A DNA stretch of 59,460 nucleotides, taken from the IMG/VR virus record IMGVR_UViG_3300045988_101425, positions 1 through 59,460 of that record. One strand, given 5' to 3'. Position 1 is the first letter of the stretch. Every line of letters begins with the position of its first letter. Both the position numbers and the translations under genes were made by a program. The notes beneath the pieces are model-generated. The model worked only from the letters and a program-made list of their open reading frames with translations, had not been told where the DNA came from and made no database searches. Below are positions 1 through 8,411 of the stretch, piece after piece. The stretch is from a virus.

Positions 1-55
1 ATTTGATCGTGGAGAGAACCGGGCGTGATTTGTTGAACCGAAAGGAAAAGGAGGG
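1..55. repeat. Terminal overlap copy 1 (circular closure)
   Basis: atttgatcgtggagagaaccgggcgtgatttgttgaaccgaaaggaaaaggaggg is identical to 59406-59460. Confidence 0.95.
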
Positions 56-62
56 TGATTAA
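1..62 (+). CDS. 3' end of the -1 frame tail assembly chaperone extension (continues from 59207-59460 across the junction)
   Basis: The frame entering from 59460 reads ...KEKEGD then TAA at 60-62, overlapping the tape measure ATG (TAATG). Confidence 0.6.
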   Translation, partial: LIVERTGRDLLNRKEKEGD

Positions 63-3000
63 TGGCTAAACTAAACTTCGAGGTCGATGCCGATCTACAG
101 AAACTTATAAATCTTCGAAAGGAGGTGGAGGAGTTGAAATCCGCCTTGAAGGATTTCGATGTATCTACAGATGCCAAGGGATTTGACGATTTAAACCGGA
201 AATACGAGGAGGCGACACGGAAACTAAAGGACTATGAGCAGCAGATGCAGAATTATCAAAGGGTAATAGAGCAGCTTAAGGTCTCTAATGGTATTATTGA
301 TGGGGCTCGTCAGATAACAGAAGAATTGAATAACGCTACCGATGTGTTTGTCGAGCAACAACTGAAGGTTAAAGGCCTAAGTGACGAGATCAAAAAGCTC
401 AATAAGTCTTACTTGTCTCTCTCGGATGCGGATAAAAATTCCCAGAAGGGATCTAATATATTAACCGACCTGAAGGAGAAGACCCGGCAGCACGCTTTAG
501 AGAACGAGGCCCTGAAGAGGCTAAGGAAGGAATATTCGGACAATATCAAGATCGAGGGAGCCGCCTCGGATTCCCTTGTAGCGTTGAGAAAGCAATTGTC
601 GTTGCTTAATGCCGAGTATGACCGCCTTTCCGCTACGGATAGGAAAGCGACCGTAGGGACTAACCTGCAAAAACAGATACAGGCCTTGAATACGGAGATT
701 AGTTCGGCGGAGCAAGCTACCGGACGATATCAACGGAACGTCGGCAATTACGCCAGTAGTTGGAACGGATTGAGCGTGTCGGTTCAACAGGTCGCAAGGG
801 AGTTGCCTTCCCTTGCTGTTGGCTGGAATACATTCTTTTTGGCTATATCCAATAACTTGCTGATGCTTGCCGATGAGCTGAAGAAAGCCGCTGCGGAGTA
901 TAAGGCGTTCAAGATGGCTGTAGCGGCAGGAAATAATGACGTGGCAAAAGTGGCTCCAGTCTGGAAGCAGTTGATAACATCTATTTTCAGTTGGCAAACG
1001 GCCTTGGTTGCGGCGATAACGCTTTTATCTGTCTATGGGAAGGATATTATCGAATGGACGAAGAATTTATTGGGGGCTGATACGGCACAAAAGAGGTTGA
1101 ATGAGTCATTGAAAGAATTTAATAACTTGGCAGGGAAAGGTCAAGCTGATGCCAAATTGTTATTTGATACAGTCAAGCGAACTACAGAAGGCACGCAAGG
1201 ACGAGCGAAAGCCATTCAAGAGATAAATAAAGTATATGCAGAATATTTGCCTTACCTGCTTTCGGAGCAAGCTTCTCTTAAAGAGTTGGAAGCTGCTTAT
1301 AAAATTGTCAACAAAGCTTTAATTGAAAATGCAGCATTAAAAGCGAAAACTGAAGCTATAAATGATGTGCTTGAAAAATCCATAGACAAACAAGCTAATG
1401 CTTTGAATGAGATGCGTTCTATTGCCTCTGAAAAATTGGGAGGAGATAGTTTTGCCATTGAGATAATGAATACGGTAGAAGATCTCACGGAAGACTTTCG
1501 ATTAGCGGGACAATCTTGGCAAAAGGCATGGCAAGGTGTTTCAGCTAAAATACAATCAGAGGTAGGAGCAAGTAAACTTCCTAGTGATTTTTATGATAAT
1601 TTGGAAGATTATGTGAGATCTGTGTATGATTCAAATCAACAAATATCTGATATTCAAAAGAAATTCAATCCTTTTTTTAATAAGGAGCAAGCAGGTCAAG
1701 CTGTAATTGAGAATAAGAAGTATTATGAAACAATGAAGTCTCAGGCTGAATCTTTCCTTAACTCTATTGCCGCAGATCAAAAAAAATTACTTGACACGGG
1801 TAAATTTGAAGGGATAGACAAAGAGGTAGTAGAAAGGTATAAAGAGGCTAAAGCTAACATTCAAGAGGCTACAAAGCAATTAAAGATATATGATTCTTAT
1901 GATAAGCAGAATATGACTGCCCAAAAAGAATACGAACGACAAGCAAAGGAACAAAAGAAGATTCAAGAAAGAATAAATAACGAACTGCTCGAACTTCAAC
2001 GTCGTAATGAACAATCTCGGATTGATTTGATGGAGGAAGGCTCCGATAAGCGCATCGCCCAAATAGAATATGATTACGATCGTGAAATAGAGGCTATCCG
2101 TAAGAGGGAGAAAGAGTGGCGTGAGGCTCAAGGGGGAAAACTCACGCAAGAACAAACGGTTGAAATAAAAACAGCCATTACGCAGGCTCAGGCTACCCGT
2201 ATGCGGTCCACGCAAGAAGTAGAGAACGAGCAGATCGAGGCTCAACGTAAAGCCATGAATGATTATCTTAAGGAATATGGCACTTATCAAGACAAAAAAA
2301 TGGCACTCGCCGCCGAATACGGGCAAAAAATAGCGTTTGCCGAGACCGAGGGGGAGAAATTGATACTCGGGAAGGAATGGGATAAGCAGCTTTCCGACCT
2401 TGAGATAAAAAGTGGCAATACCGCCAATGCCATAATCGCTCTTTTTGGAGACATGAAGGACAAGACTCTAAAGGAGTTGATAGAGATATCCACCAAGGGA
2501 AAGGAGGCCTTGGAGTTTCTTAAGTCCGGAGAATGGGATGAATCAAAAGGCAAGGGATTAGGCATAACGCAGGAACAATTCGATCTTTGGTCTGATATGC
2601 CTGAAATAATGGATAGGGCAGGGAAAAGCGTTGAGAGCACCAACGAGAAGGTCGATGAGTTGCGACCCGCTTTTGACAAGGTGACAGAAGGAGTGAGGCG
2701 ATTCTTTGCCGCTGGTAACGACCCCAAAAAACTGACGGAATCATTACAGCTCATTAATGAGGGTGTAAATGAAGTTATGACCTCTGTTCAATTCTTGTCA
2801 AATACCTTTGGAAAACTTGGTGATTCGTTCGGAGGTGCTTTTAATGACATAGCGGAAGGTTTAAATATAGCAATGGACGCTGTAAATTCCGCTATGCAGG
2901 GTGCGCAAGCGGGTGCGATGTTTGGCCCTATAGGGGCATCCGCTGGTGCTGCTATTGGGGTAGTGACCTCTCTAGCGTCCTCTATCGCTAAGATCCATGA

Positions 3001-3964
3001 CAAAAAGAACGAGAAACGTATACAGAGATTGCAAGACCAGATCGATGTGTTGGATGCCTCGTATGAGAAACTAGGCCGTTCCATAGAAAAGGCTTATTCT
3101 ACAAGTGCGGCAAAACTGATCAACCAACAAGACGAGCTCCTTAAACAACAGAAGTTGATGATTCAGCAACAAATCCTAGAGGAAAAGGATAAGAAAAAAA
3201 CGGATGAAGAGCGTATAAAAGAATGGGAGAAACAATTGGATGATATAAATCTCAAACTTGAAGACAATAAAGAAAAAGCGATAGAGGCTATAACAGGAAC
3301 TGATGTCATGTCCGCTATTGACGAGTTCGCCCAAGCGTATTCGGAGGCGTGGGCTACAGGAACTGATGCGGCAGAGGCTTCGACTAAGATTGTCCAAAAT
3401 TTGATCAAGACGGCTATCATTGGATTCTTGAAGGATAAATTATCCCCTTCCGTAGAGGAATTCATGAAGAAACTGGCCGATTATATGTCCGATGGTATCG
3501 TTTCGCCTTGGGAAGAAGCGGAGTTGAACAAGTTGAAGGAAAAAATGGACGCTGAGGCCCAGAAGGTCTTCGACACGTCAAGCAAGTATTTCCAAGAGGA
3601 TAAAAATGATAAATATGAGCAGACCGCTACATCCGGAGGTTTCGAGAAGATGTCTCAAGATAGCGCCGATGAGTTAAATGGCCGTTTCACCGCCCTGCAA
3701 ATGACAGGGGAGGAGATACTGTTGTTCCTGCAAGGCTCCGAGCAATTCTTGAGCCTCTTGTATATAAAGGCCAGTATGGACGTGATATCTGTAAAGATAG
3801 CCTCGTTGTATGATGTGGCGGATGAGACTAGGACGATGATCGCCAGTATCTATATAGAGTTACAGCAGATCAATGATAATACCGCCATTAGCGCAAAATA
3901 TTTGAAAGATATAAAATCTGATATAGCTGTAGTTAAAAAGAACACAGAAGGATTGGCGCCTTAA
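62..3964 (+). CDS. Tail tape measure protein
   Basis: 1300 aa, mostly coiled-coil, with internal hydrophobic segments (LAVGWNTFFLAISNNLLMLA, ALVAAITLLSV). Lies immediately after the frameshifted chaperone pair. Confidence 0.85.
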   Translation: MAKLNFEVDADLQKLINLRKEVEELKSALKDFDVSTDAKGFDDLNRKYEEATRKLKDYEQQMQNYQRVIEQLKVSNGIIDGARQITEELNNATDVFVEQQLKVKGLSDEIKKLNKSYLSLSDADKNSQKGSNILTDLKEKTRQHALENEALKRLRKEYSDNIKIEGAASDSLVALRKQLSLLNAEYDRLSATDRKATVGTNLQKQIQALNTEISSAEQATGRYQRNVGNYASSWNGLSVSVQQVARELPSLAVGWNTFFLAISNNLLMLADELKKAAAEYKAFKMAVAAGNNDVAKVAPVWKQLITSIFSWQTALVAAITLLSVYGKDIIEWTKNLLGADTAQKRLNESLKEFNNLAGKGQADAKLLFDTVKRTTEGTQGRAKAIQEINKVYAEYLPYLLSEQASLKELEAAYKIVNKALIENAALKAKTEAINDVLEKSIDKQANALNEMRSIASEKLGGDSFAIEIMNTVEDLTEDFRLAGQSWQKAWQGVSAKIQSEVGASKLPSDFYDNLEDYVRSVYDSNQQISDIQKKFNPFFNKEQAGQAVIENKKYYETMKSQAESFLNSIAADQKKLLDTGKFEGIDKEVVERYKEAKANIQEATKQLKIYDSYDKQNMTAQKEYERQAKEQKKIQERINNELLELQRRNEQSRIDLMEEGSDKRIAQIEYDYDREIEAIRKREKEWREAQGGKLTQEQTVEIKTAITQAQATRMRSTQEVENEQIEAQRKAMNDYLKEYGTYQDKKMALAAEYGQKIAFAETEGEKLILGKEWDKQLSDLEIKSGNTANAIIALFGDMKDKTLKELIEISTKGKEALEFLKSGEWDESKGKGLGITQEQFDLWSDMPEIMDRAGKSVESTNEKVDELRPAFDKVTEGVRRFFAAGNDPKKLTESLQLINEGVNEVMTSVQFLSNTFGKLGDSFGGAFNDIAEGLNIAMDAVNSAMQGAQAGAMFGPIGASAGAAIGVVTSLASSIAKIHDKKNEKRIQRLQDQIDVLDASYEKLGRSIEKAYSTSAAKLINQQDELLKQQKLMIQQQILEEKDKKKTDEERIKEWEKQLDDINLKLEDNKEKAIEAITGTDVMSAIDEFAQAYSEAWATGTDAAEASTKIVQNLIKTAIIGFLKDKLSPSVEEFMKKLADYMSDGIVSPWEEAELNKLKEKMDAEAQKVFDTSSKYFQEDKNDKYEQTATSGGFEKMSQDSADELNGRFTALQMTGEEILLFLQGSEQFLSLLYIKASMDVISVKIASLYDVADETRTMIASIYIELQQINDNTAISAKYLKDIKSDIAVVKKNTEGLAP

Positions 3965-4032
3965 ATATACCAATCCTTTTGTATATTGTTACTTATTAAA
4001 TAAGTGACGCTAATATACTAAAATAGTTTGAT

Positions 4033-4455
4033 ATGGAAGTAAGAGATGTAACAAGGAAAGCTATAAAAATAGGGGCTTGCAGTGAATCAGGCAAGGCCAC
4101 TGACTGGAAGAGCCTATGTTGGCTGTTTTTTTCCCCGCAAGGGCGGGAGTTTTGCGAGGAGAATAATTATCCTTCGTTGGATTTATTTAGAGGCATGGCT
4201 AAAAACATAGCTCCCTACGGGATATACGTGGATCGTGATCTAATAGAGCTTCACAATAAAACAAACGTAGGTGTGATAGGTAATACCGTGGCGTATTTGA
4301 GTTATGACGATAACACGAGGGTGCATAAGGTGATCTTGATGCACGGGGGCAAGGCCAAGATAGAGGCCGGGAACTACTCCGTGATATTGCTTGTCAATAT
4401 CGGGGGATGCGAGGTGGAGATTATTAACGACGGAACGGCAAGGATATTATGTTAG
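4033..4455 (+). CDS. Hypothetical protein in the tail module
   Basis: 140-aa ORF co-oriented with the tail genes. Its stop overlaps the next start. Confidence 0.55.
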   Translation: MEVRDVTRKAIKIGACSESGKATDWKSLCWLFFSPQGREFCEENNYPSLDLFRGMAKNIAPYGIYVDRDLIELHNKTNVGVIGNTVAYLSYDDNTRVHKVILMHGGKAKIEAGNYSVILLVNIGGCEVEIINDGTARILC

Positions 4456-4862
4456 GGGATCTATATATTAACGGGAATGACGCATGGGGCACGTATCGTG
4501 TCGCCATGGGAGAGGGTTTTATCCAGACCTTGCTAACCCCAGCGGGAAACAAGGATTTCATAGAGAACGAGAGCCGGTTGGAAAACGGGAAGAGGGTCGT
4601 GTTCAATAATCCCAAGGTGGCTAGCCGGGATCTTACCCTTACGTTCAACATACACGGGGATACGCAAGAGGAATATATGCTGAATTATAAGGCGTTCGTG
4701 GCTGTCCTTCAACAAGGCAAGGTCGTATTGCGTGTTCCGGATCTTGATATGACATTTACCCTTGTCCATAAGAGATCATCAAGCTTCGCATTGGATCGGA
4801 ACAGGTTGAATAGTAGGCTATCCGTTAAGTTCGAGGAACCTGACCCAACGTCAAGGGGATAA
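4449..4862 (+). CDS. Putative distal tail protein (Dit-like, short)
   Basis: 137 aa. Called from position after the tape measure and an N-terminus (LYINGNDAWGTYRV) resembling siphovirus tail family proteins. Confidence 0.45.
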   Translation: MLGDLYINGNDAWGTYRVAMGEGFIQTLLTPAGNKDFIENESRLENGKRVVFNNPKVASRDLTLTFNIHGDTQEEYMLNYKAFVAVLQQGKVVLRVPDLDMTFTLVHKRSSSFALDRNRLNSRLSVKFEEPDPTSRG

Positions 4863-4864
4863 GC

Positions 4865-4902
4865 GAAGAGCCGTCCGCCCCTTATTGGCTAGACGGCTCT
4901 TC
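4865..4902. terminator. Bidirectional hairpin terminator between convergent genes
   Basis: 11-bp perfect stem, gaagagccgtc / gacggctcttc, between 4449-4862(+) and 4906-5157(-). Confidence 0.7.
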
Positions 4903-4905
4903 GTC

Positions 4906-5157
4906 CTATTGCGCTAAAAGATGCGTATTTAAAGATCGGAGGTCGAATCTTCCCGGCTTTGACCTCCCGTTGTTGTATACCGACACGGTCATATGTGGCT
5001 TGGGCTTGGTGCCGCTAAATCCGCAAGCCCTCTCCAGATCGTCGATAAGCCTCTCCATTTTCAAGGATTGCCGGTTGAATCGCTCCATCGCCTTCTTGTC
5101 CCTTTGGGACGTTAAAAGCATTTCGTTTAGTATCGTGTTTATGTCTTTCATATTCAA
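4906..5157 (-). CDS. Hypothetical protein
   Basis: 83-aa ORF downstream of bro on the same strand. Confidence 0.5.
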   Translation of the reverse strand: MNMKDINTILNEMLLTSQRDKKAMERFNRQSLKMERLIDDLERACGFSGTKPKPHMTVSVYNNGRSKPGRFDLRSLNTHLLAQ

Positions 5158-5206
5158 TCAATCATTTAATAGTTCACAGGTATCATAGTTAAGGTTTTGG
5201 GGTCAT

Positions 5207-6421
5207 TCATCCTAATCTGGATAATAGATGATTGTTTATATCCGGAGTTATATTTTGAGTGATGAAATTGTACGCCTTGCTTACGTCTTTCTTGAAATTA
5301 GGATCAGAGTCATATTCCTTGACAAGATCTTTCACGTTGTTGGAAAGGGTGGAATGTTGTCTCATGTGTAGGATGTTCGCTATCTTATCACGTAATCCGC
5401 TTTTCATTTTCTTGCCCGCCAACTTTTTGGGGCAATACAACAAGATTATCACAAACAGGAACTTCTTGCGATCATTCACGGTCATTTTGGACTTGCAATA
5501 AATGGATTGGAAAGCCTCGTACATTGCGTCTATCTTAGACATGTCCGTATATAAAGGCTCGCTGAATACATCTTCCTTTCTCTCAAGTTCGTCCATGTTG
5601 TTATATATGCGTGACAATTCCTTCACCCCGGACACGATGGTACTCTTTAGGTCAAAAAGACCGTGGATGAACTCCCGTCCTCTTTCCGTCCATACGGTTT
5701 GCATCGCCGTTCCGGGCGTTCCGTCACGCTGGACGTATGGATATGTCCTTGTTCTCGTGTAGTCCTCGTCTTGATACTTGTGTGTCAATAGCCATTGACC
5801 ACCTTGCTTGTATTGTACGCCCATCTCTCTCAGCTTTTGGTTCAATGTGACGGCGCTCATTCCTAGCTCCTTGGCGATCTGGTTGGTGTTATACGTGCTG
5901 GTGCTTTGCAATACCTTCTCGTAGTAATTGACCTTTGGGGCAGCGGCTTGAAGTTCCTCGCTTTGAAGGGCGGTTTGTTGCTCTAGGTTGGCGATCCGCT
6001 CCTCACGTCTCCTCAATGCGTCTTGAGCGACTAGAAGAGCACGTGCCATAAGTTCCTCTGGAGTATCTTCCGGTTTGGATATCATGTAGCCTCCGGTTTT
6101 CCGGATAGAAGGTAAGACTTCATCACATACCCAATCTTGAAATTTTTCGGCATCTGGTAATTTTGATTTCATTGTCAAACGATACACTTCTCCTTCTTTG
6201 CCATACTTCATTTCCTGCATAACCGTTGCTCCGTACTGGTTTACAGTGGGGGTCGGTAAAATGGCGACCCCCTTACAATGCTGTGAAACAGCGTCAGCTG
6301 GTCTACTATAACCAAGTGCCTTTGCTACATCTGCCAAGCAAAACAACGGCTCTCCATTCTCATTCATCGCAATTCTTACTTGTCCGAACTGCTCATTTTG
6401 GAAAATTCGAATATTATTCAT
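5207..6421 (-). CDS. bro: Bro-N / KilAC antirepressor fused to a C-terminal domain paralogous to ORF 48900-49316
   Basis: N-terminus IFQNEQFGQVRIAMNENGEPLFCLADVAKALGY (BRO-N). Middle NQIAKELGMSAVTLNQKLREMGVQYKQGGQWLLTHKY (KilAC). C-terminus RKKFLFVIILLYCPKKLAGKKMKSGLRDK matches the 48900 ORF. Confidence 0.85.
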   Translation of the reverse strand: MNNIRIFQNEQFGQVRIAMNENGEPLFCLADVAKALGYSRPADAVSQHCKGVAILPTPTVNQYGATVMQEMKYGKEGEVYRLTMKSKLPDAEKFQDWVCDEVLPSIRKTGGYMISKPEDTPEELMARALLVAQDALRRREERIANLEQQTALQSEELQAAAPKVNYYEKVLQSTSTYNTNQIAKELGMSAVTLNQKLREMGVQYKQGGQWLLTHKYQDEDYTRTRTYPYVQRDGTPGTAMQTVWTERGREFIHGLFDLKSTIVSGVKELSRIYNNMDELERKEDVFSEPLYTDMSKIDAMYEAFQSIYCKSKMTVNDRKKFLFVIILLYCPKKLAGKKMKSGLRDKIANILHMRQHSTLSNNVKDLVKEYDSDPNFKKDVSKAYNFITQNITPDINNHLLSRLG

Positions 6422-6506
6422 AACTTTGTGCAGTTATAAAAGTTAATATTATCCTCATTGGTAGCTCGGTCAAGCACTACCTTTGAGGATTTTATTTTGA
6501 CCGAAG

Positions 6507-6661
6507 TGGTAGCCGGGGACTTGAACCCCGGTGTATGCCGTCCTACCTGCTTATTACCAGTCTCGCTTGACAAGGTAAAAAGCGAAGGGCAAAGATTGAA
6601 GTTGCCTATTGTGACGGTCTGCAACTGGAATCAATGCCCTTAAATATCTTCTTTCGCTACC
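6507..6661 (-). ncRNA. tRNA-like module TL1 in the bro leader
   Basis: Minus strand has a canonical T-arm, CCGGGG-TTCAAGT-CCCCGG (6513-6531), then GGCTACCAC. The 5' GGTAGC (6656-6661) can pair with the 3' GCTACC. I could not fold a D or anticodon arm. Confidence 0.35.
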
Positions 6662-6688
6662 GTCACATGAGCGATCATTTTCATATCA

Positions 6689-6696
6689 CAAAATTA
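6689..6696 (-). promoter_or_regulatory. Candidate -7 promoter element (TAATTTTG) for the TL1-bro transcript
   Basis: Minus strand reads TAATTTTG, matching the Bacteroidetes TAnnTTTG motif, just downstream of the 6766-6789 terminator. Confidence 0.45.
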
Positions 6697-6765
6697 TATA
6701 TGACAAAATCCGTGGCCTATTTTTTCAAGGCTCGAAAAACCACAATGGAGCTATTGTTGTAAAAT

Positions 6766-6789
6766 CCCTCCGACCGTATTACCGGAGGG
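6766..6789 (-). terminator. Hairpin terminator after gene 6824-7081
   Basis: Minus strand CCCTCCG-gtaatacggt-CGGAGGG followed by ATTTTAC. Confidence 0.55.
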
Positions 6790-6823
6790 GCATCTACTTC
6801 CGATCCTCTCCCCGTCGTTCGAG

Positions 6824-7081
6824 TTATCCCGCAAGCCTGCAAGTCATGTCGCTAATTACGCTCATGAATCTATCGTAGGTCTTTTTATTCCATTCCTTGT
6901 GATCCGGCATCCAGTCATTGAATATCTCCATGTAGACCACATCGTGAGACCTGTCCTGTACGGTGACGCATAAACCGCCCGTCTCCGGCATAACGCCTAC
7001 ATTTATATGTACCGGTTTCCTTCCGATCATACACTCCAACGCAATCCTTTGCACGTTCTTCAATACCTCTATCGTTTCCAT
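6824..7081 (-). CDS. Hypothetical protein
   Basis: 85-aa ORF in the minus-strand operon of the accessory island. Confidence 0.55.
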   Translation of the reverse strand: METIEVLKNVQRIALECMIGRKPVHINVGVMPETGGLCVTVQDRSHDVVYMEIFNDWMPDHKEWNKKTYDRFMSVISDMTCRLAG

Positions 7082-7107
7082 ATCCTTATATTATTAATGT
7101 ATAGTTA

Positions 7108-7371
7108 TCAATCACCCGAATAAACCCTGTTACCGTAAAGGCTAGCCATACCGACATGAGATAAGACAACATGCTTGCGATACTCGATGCGTCTAGCTTC
7201 TTCCTCTGCCAATCTCTTGGCCTTGGCCTCATTATTTTTTATCTCTATCTTGGCATTATCCCATGCTATAGAAAGGCACTTGCCAAAAGACCAAGAGAAT
7301 TTTCGGTAAAGTCTGAATAATCTCCATGCGTCTTTCATGATCTCACTCTTGTTGTATTTCTGTGTTGCCAT
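7108..7371 (-). CDS. Hypothetical protein
   Basis: 87-aa ORF, first gene after the divergent promoter region. Confidence 0.6.
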   Translation of the reverse strand: MATQKYNKSEIMKDAWRLFRLYRKFSWSFGKCLSIAWDNAKIEIKNNEAKAKRLAEEEARRIEYRKHVVLSHVGMASLYGNRVYSGD

Positions 7372-7397
7372 TGTACTGTTATTTTATTTTGATGATG

Positions 7398-7405
7398 CAA
7401 ATATA
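7398..7405 (-). promoter_or_regulatory. -7 promoter element (TATATTTG) for the leftward island operon
   Basis: Minus strand TATATTTG lies 27 nt upstream of the ATG at 7371. Confidence 0.6.
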
Positions 7406-7484
7406 CAAGCTATATCTTGTCTAAACAATAAATAAAGCAAGATATATCTTTATTTTAACATTAATTACACAAGATATACCTTGT
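7405..7484. promoter_or_regulatory. Three operator-like palindromes in a divergent control region
   Basis: ACAAGctatatCTTGT (7405-7420), AAGATATATCTT (7439-7450), ACAAGatatacCTTGT (7469-7484). Confidence 0.6.
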
Positions 7485-7502
7485 TTGTATGATTAATAAA
7501 AA

Positions 7503-7510
7503 TACTTTTG
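7503..7510 (+). promoter_or_regulatory. -7 promoter element (TACTTTTG) for HTH gene 7532
   Basis: TAnnTTTG match 22 nt upstream of the ATG. Confidence 0.55.
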
Positions 7511-7531
7511 TGCAAGAAATAACTTTACATC

Positions 7532-7786
7532 ATGAGAATAAGAGAAGCTATAGAAGAACAAGGCATGACTACTAAACAAGTCGCAGAAAAATTAAATGTA
7601 ACCTTGAGTGCTTTAAACCAAAGCATATCGGGTAATCCTTCAGTAAAAGTAATAACCAATATAGCTAATGCTATAGGAGTACCAGTATGGCATCTTTTCG
7701 CCTCCCCTTCTGAAGTACAAAAAGAGACCGATGGTGGGTATAAGTGCCCTAACTGCGGTCACCCATTGAAGATAAAGGTGGAATGA
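7532..7786 (+). CDS. XRE/Cro-like HTH regulator with a C-terminal zinc ribbon
   Basis: MTTKQVAEKLNVTLSALNQSISG is an HTH. C-terminal YKCPNCGHPLKI. Confidence 0.75.
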   Translation: MRIREAIEEQGMTTKQVAEKLNVTLSALNQSISGNPSVKVITNIANAIGVPVWHLFASPSEVQKETDGGYKCPNCGHPLKIKVE

Positions 7787-7824
7787 TGTTATCTTCAATG
7801 ATCTCAAAATAAAAATCATGAAAG

Positions 7825-7855
7825 TTTGTTTTCTGCATACAATACATTACCTTTG
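7825..7855 (+). promoter_or_regulatory. Consensus Bacteroidetes promoter for the TA cassette
   Basis: TTTG (7825-7828), 19-nt spacer, TACCTTTG (7848-7855). Confidence 0.7.
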
Positions 7856-7881
7856 CGATACAATATAATACATTAAGTAAT

Positions 7882-8124
7882 ATGGAAGCAGTAATAAGAA
7901 AGCAAACCTCGTTCCGTTTACGTGAGGACTTGTTGCAAATATTGCAGGAACAAGCCAAGAAAGCGAACAGGAGCCTGAATAATTTCGTAGAGAGCACCTT
8001 GATGGACGCTGTATACTCCGAGCCAAACGAGGAAACGATAGCGGCTATAAGGGAAGCACGTACGACCAAGAATAAAGAAACGTTCGACAGCGTGGATAGC
8101 TTGATGGAGGAATTAATGAAGTGA
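7882..8124 (+). CDS. Type II antitoxin (ribbon-helix-helix / RelB-DinJ-like)
   Basis: 80 aa with N-terminal KQTSFRLREDLLQILQEQAKKANRSLNNFVE. Its stop overlaps the start of the toxin gene. Confidence 0.7.
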   Translation: MEAVIRKQTSFRLREDLLQILQEQAKKANRSLNNFVESTLMDAVYSEPNEETIAAIREARTTKNKETFDSVDSLMEELMK

Positions 8125-8399
8125 AAAAGAAATTACACCCAACAAGCCAGTTTAAGAAAGATTTCAAACGTATTCAGAAATTCCCCAAAAAAATCGCAGC
8201 TTTTGAATATATCGCAAATCTACTTATAAATGACCATCCGATTCCACAAGAATACAAACCTCACATGTTGAAAGGTGAGTATAAAGGGTGTATGGAATGC
8301 CATATAGAAGGGGATTTTCTTCTTATTTGGATTGACGGAGAAATAATCGACTTGCTTAGAATTGGTAGTCATTCCGAGTTGTTCGGAAAAAAGAGATAG
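8121..8399 (+). CDS. yafQ: YafQ/RelE-family type II toxin (mRNA interferase)
   Basis: HMLKGEYKGCMECHIEGDFLLIW...LLRIGSHSELF matches the YafQ signature. GTG start overlaps the antitoxin stop. Confidence 0.8.
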   Translation: MKKKLHPTSQFKKDFKRIQKFPKKIAAFEYIANLLINDHPIPQEYKPHMLKGEYKGCMECHIEGDFLLIWIDGEIIDLLRIGSHSELFGKKR

Positions 8400-8411
8400 A
8401 CAAGTACAAAT

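Noticed and set aside
1-55. Terminal 55-nt repeat interpreted as a biological direct terminal repeat or cos end
   Set aside because: The length equals a common assembler k-mer and a reading frame runs through it. A circular-assembly overlap is the simpler explanation.
40-61. Shine-Dalgarno-like AAGGAAAAGGAGGG before the tape measure ATG
   Set aside because: It is coding sequence of the chaperone extension (KEKEG). Bacteroidetes generally do not rely on SD pairing, so it is not annotated as an RBS.
521-3465. Many antisense ORFs (60-158 aa) inside the tape measure gene
   Set aside because: They lie entirely within a long, clearly coding plus-strand ORF and have low-complexity, Ser/Leu/Phe-rich translations. 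No promoter motifs were seen. They are typical shadow ORFs.
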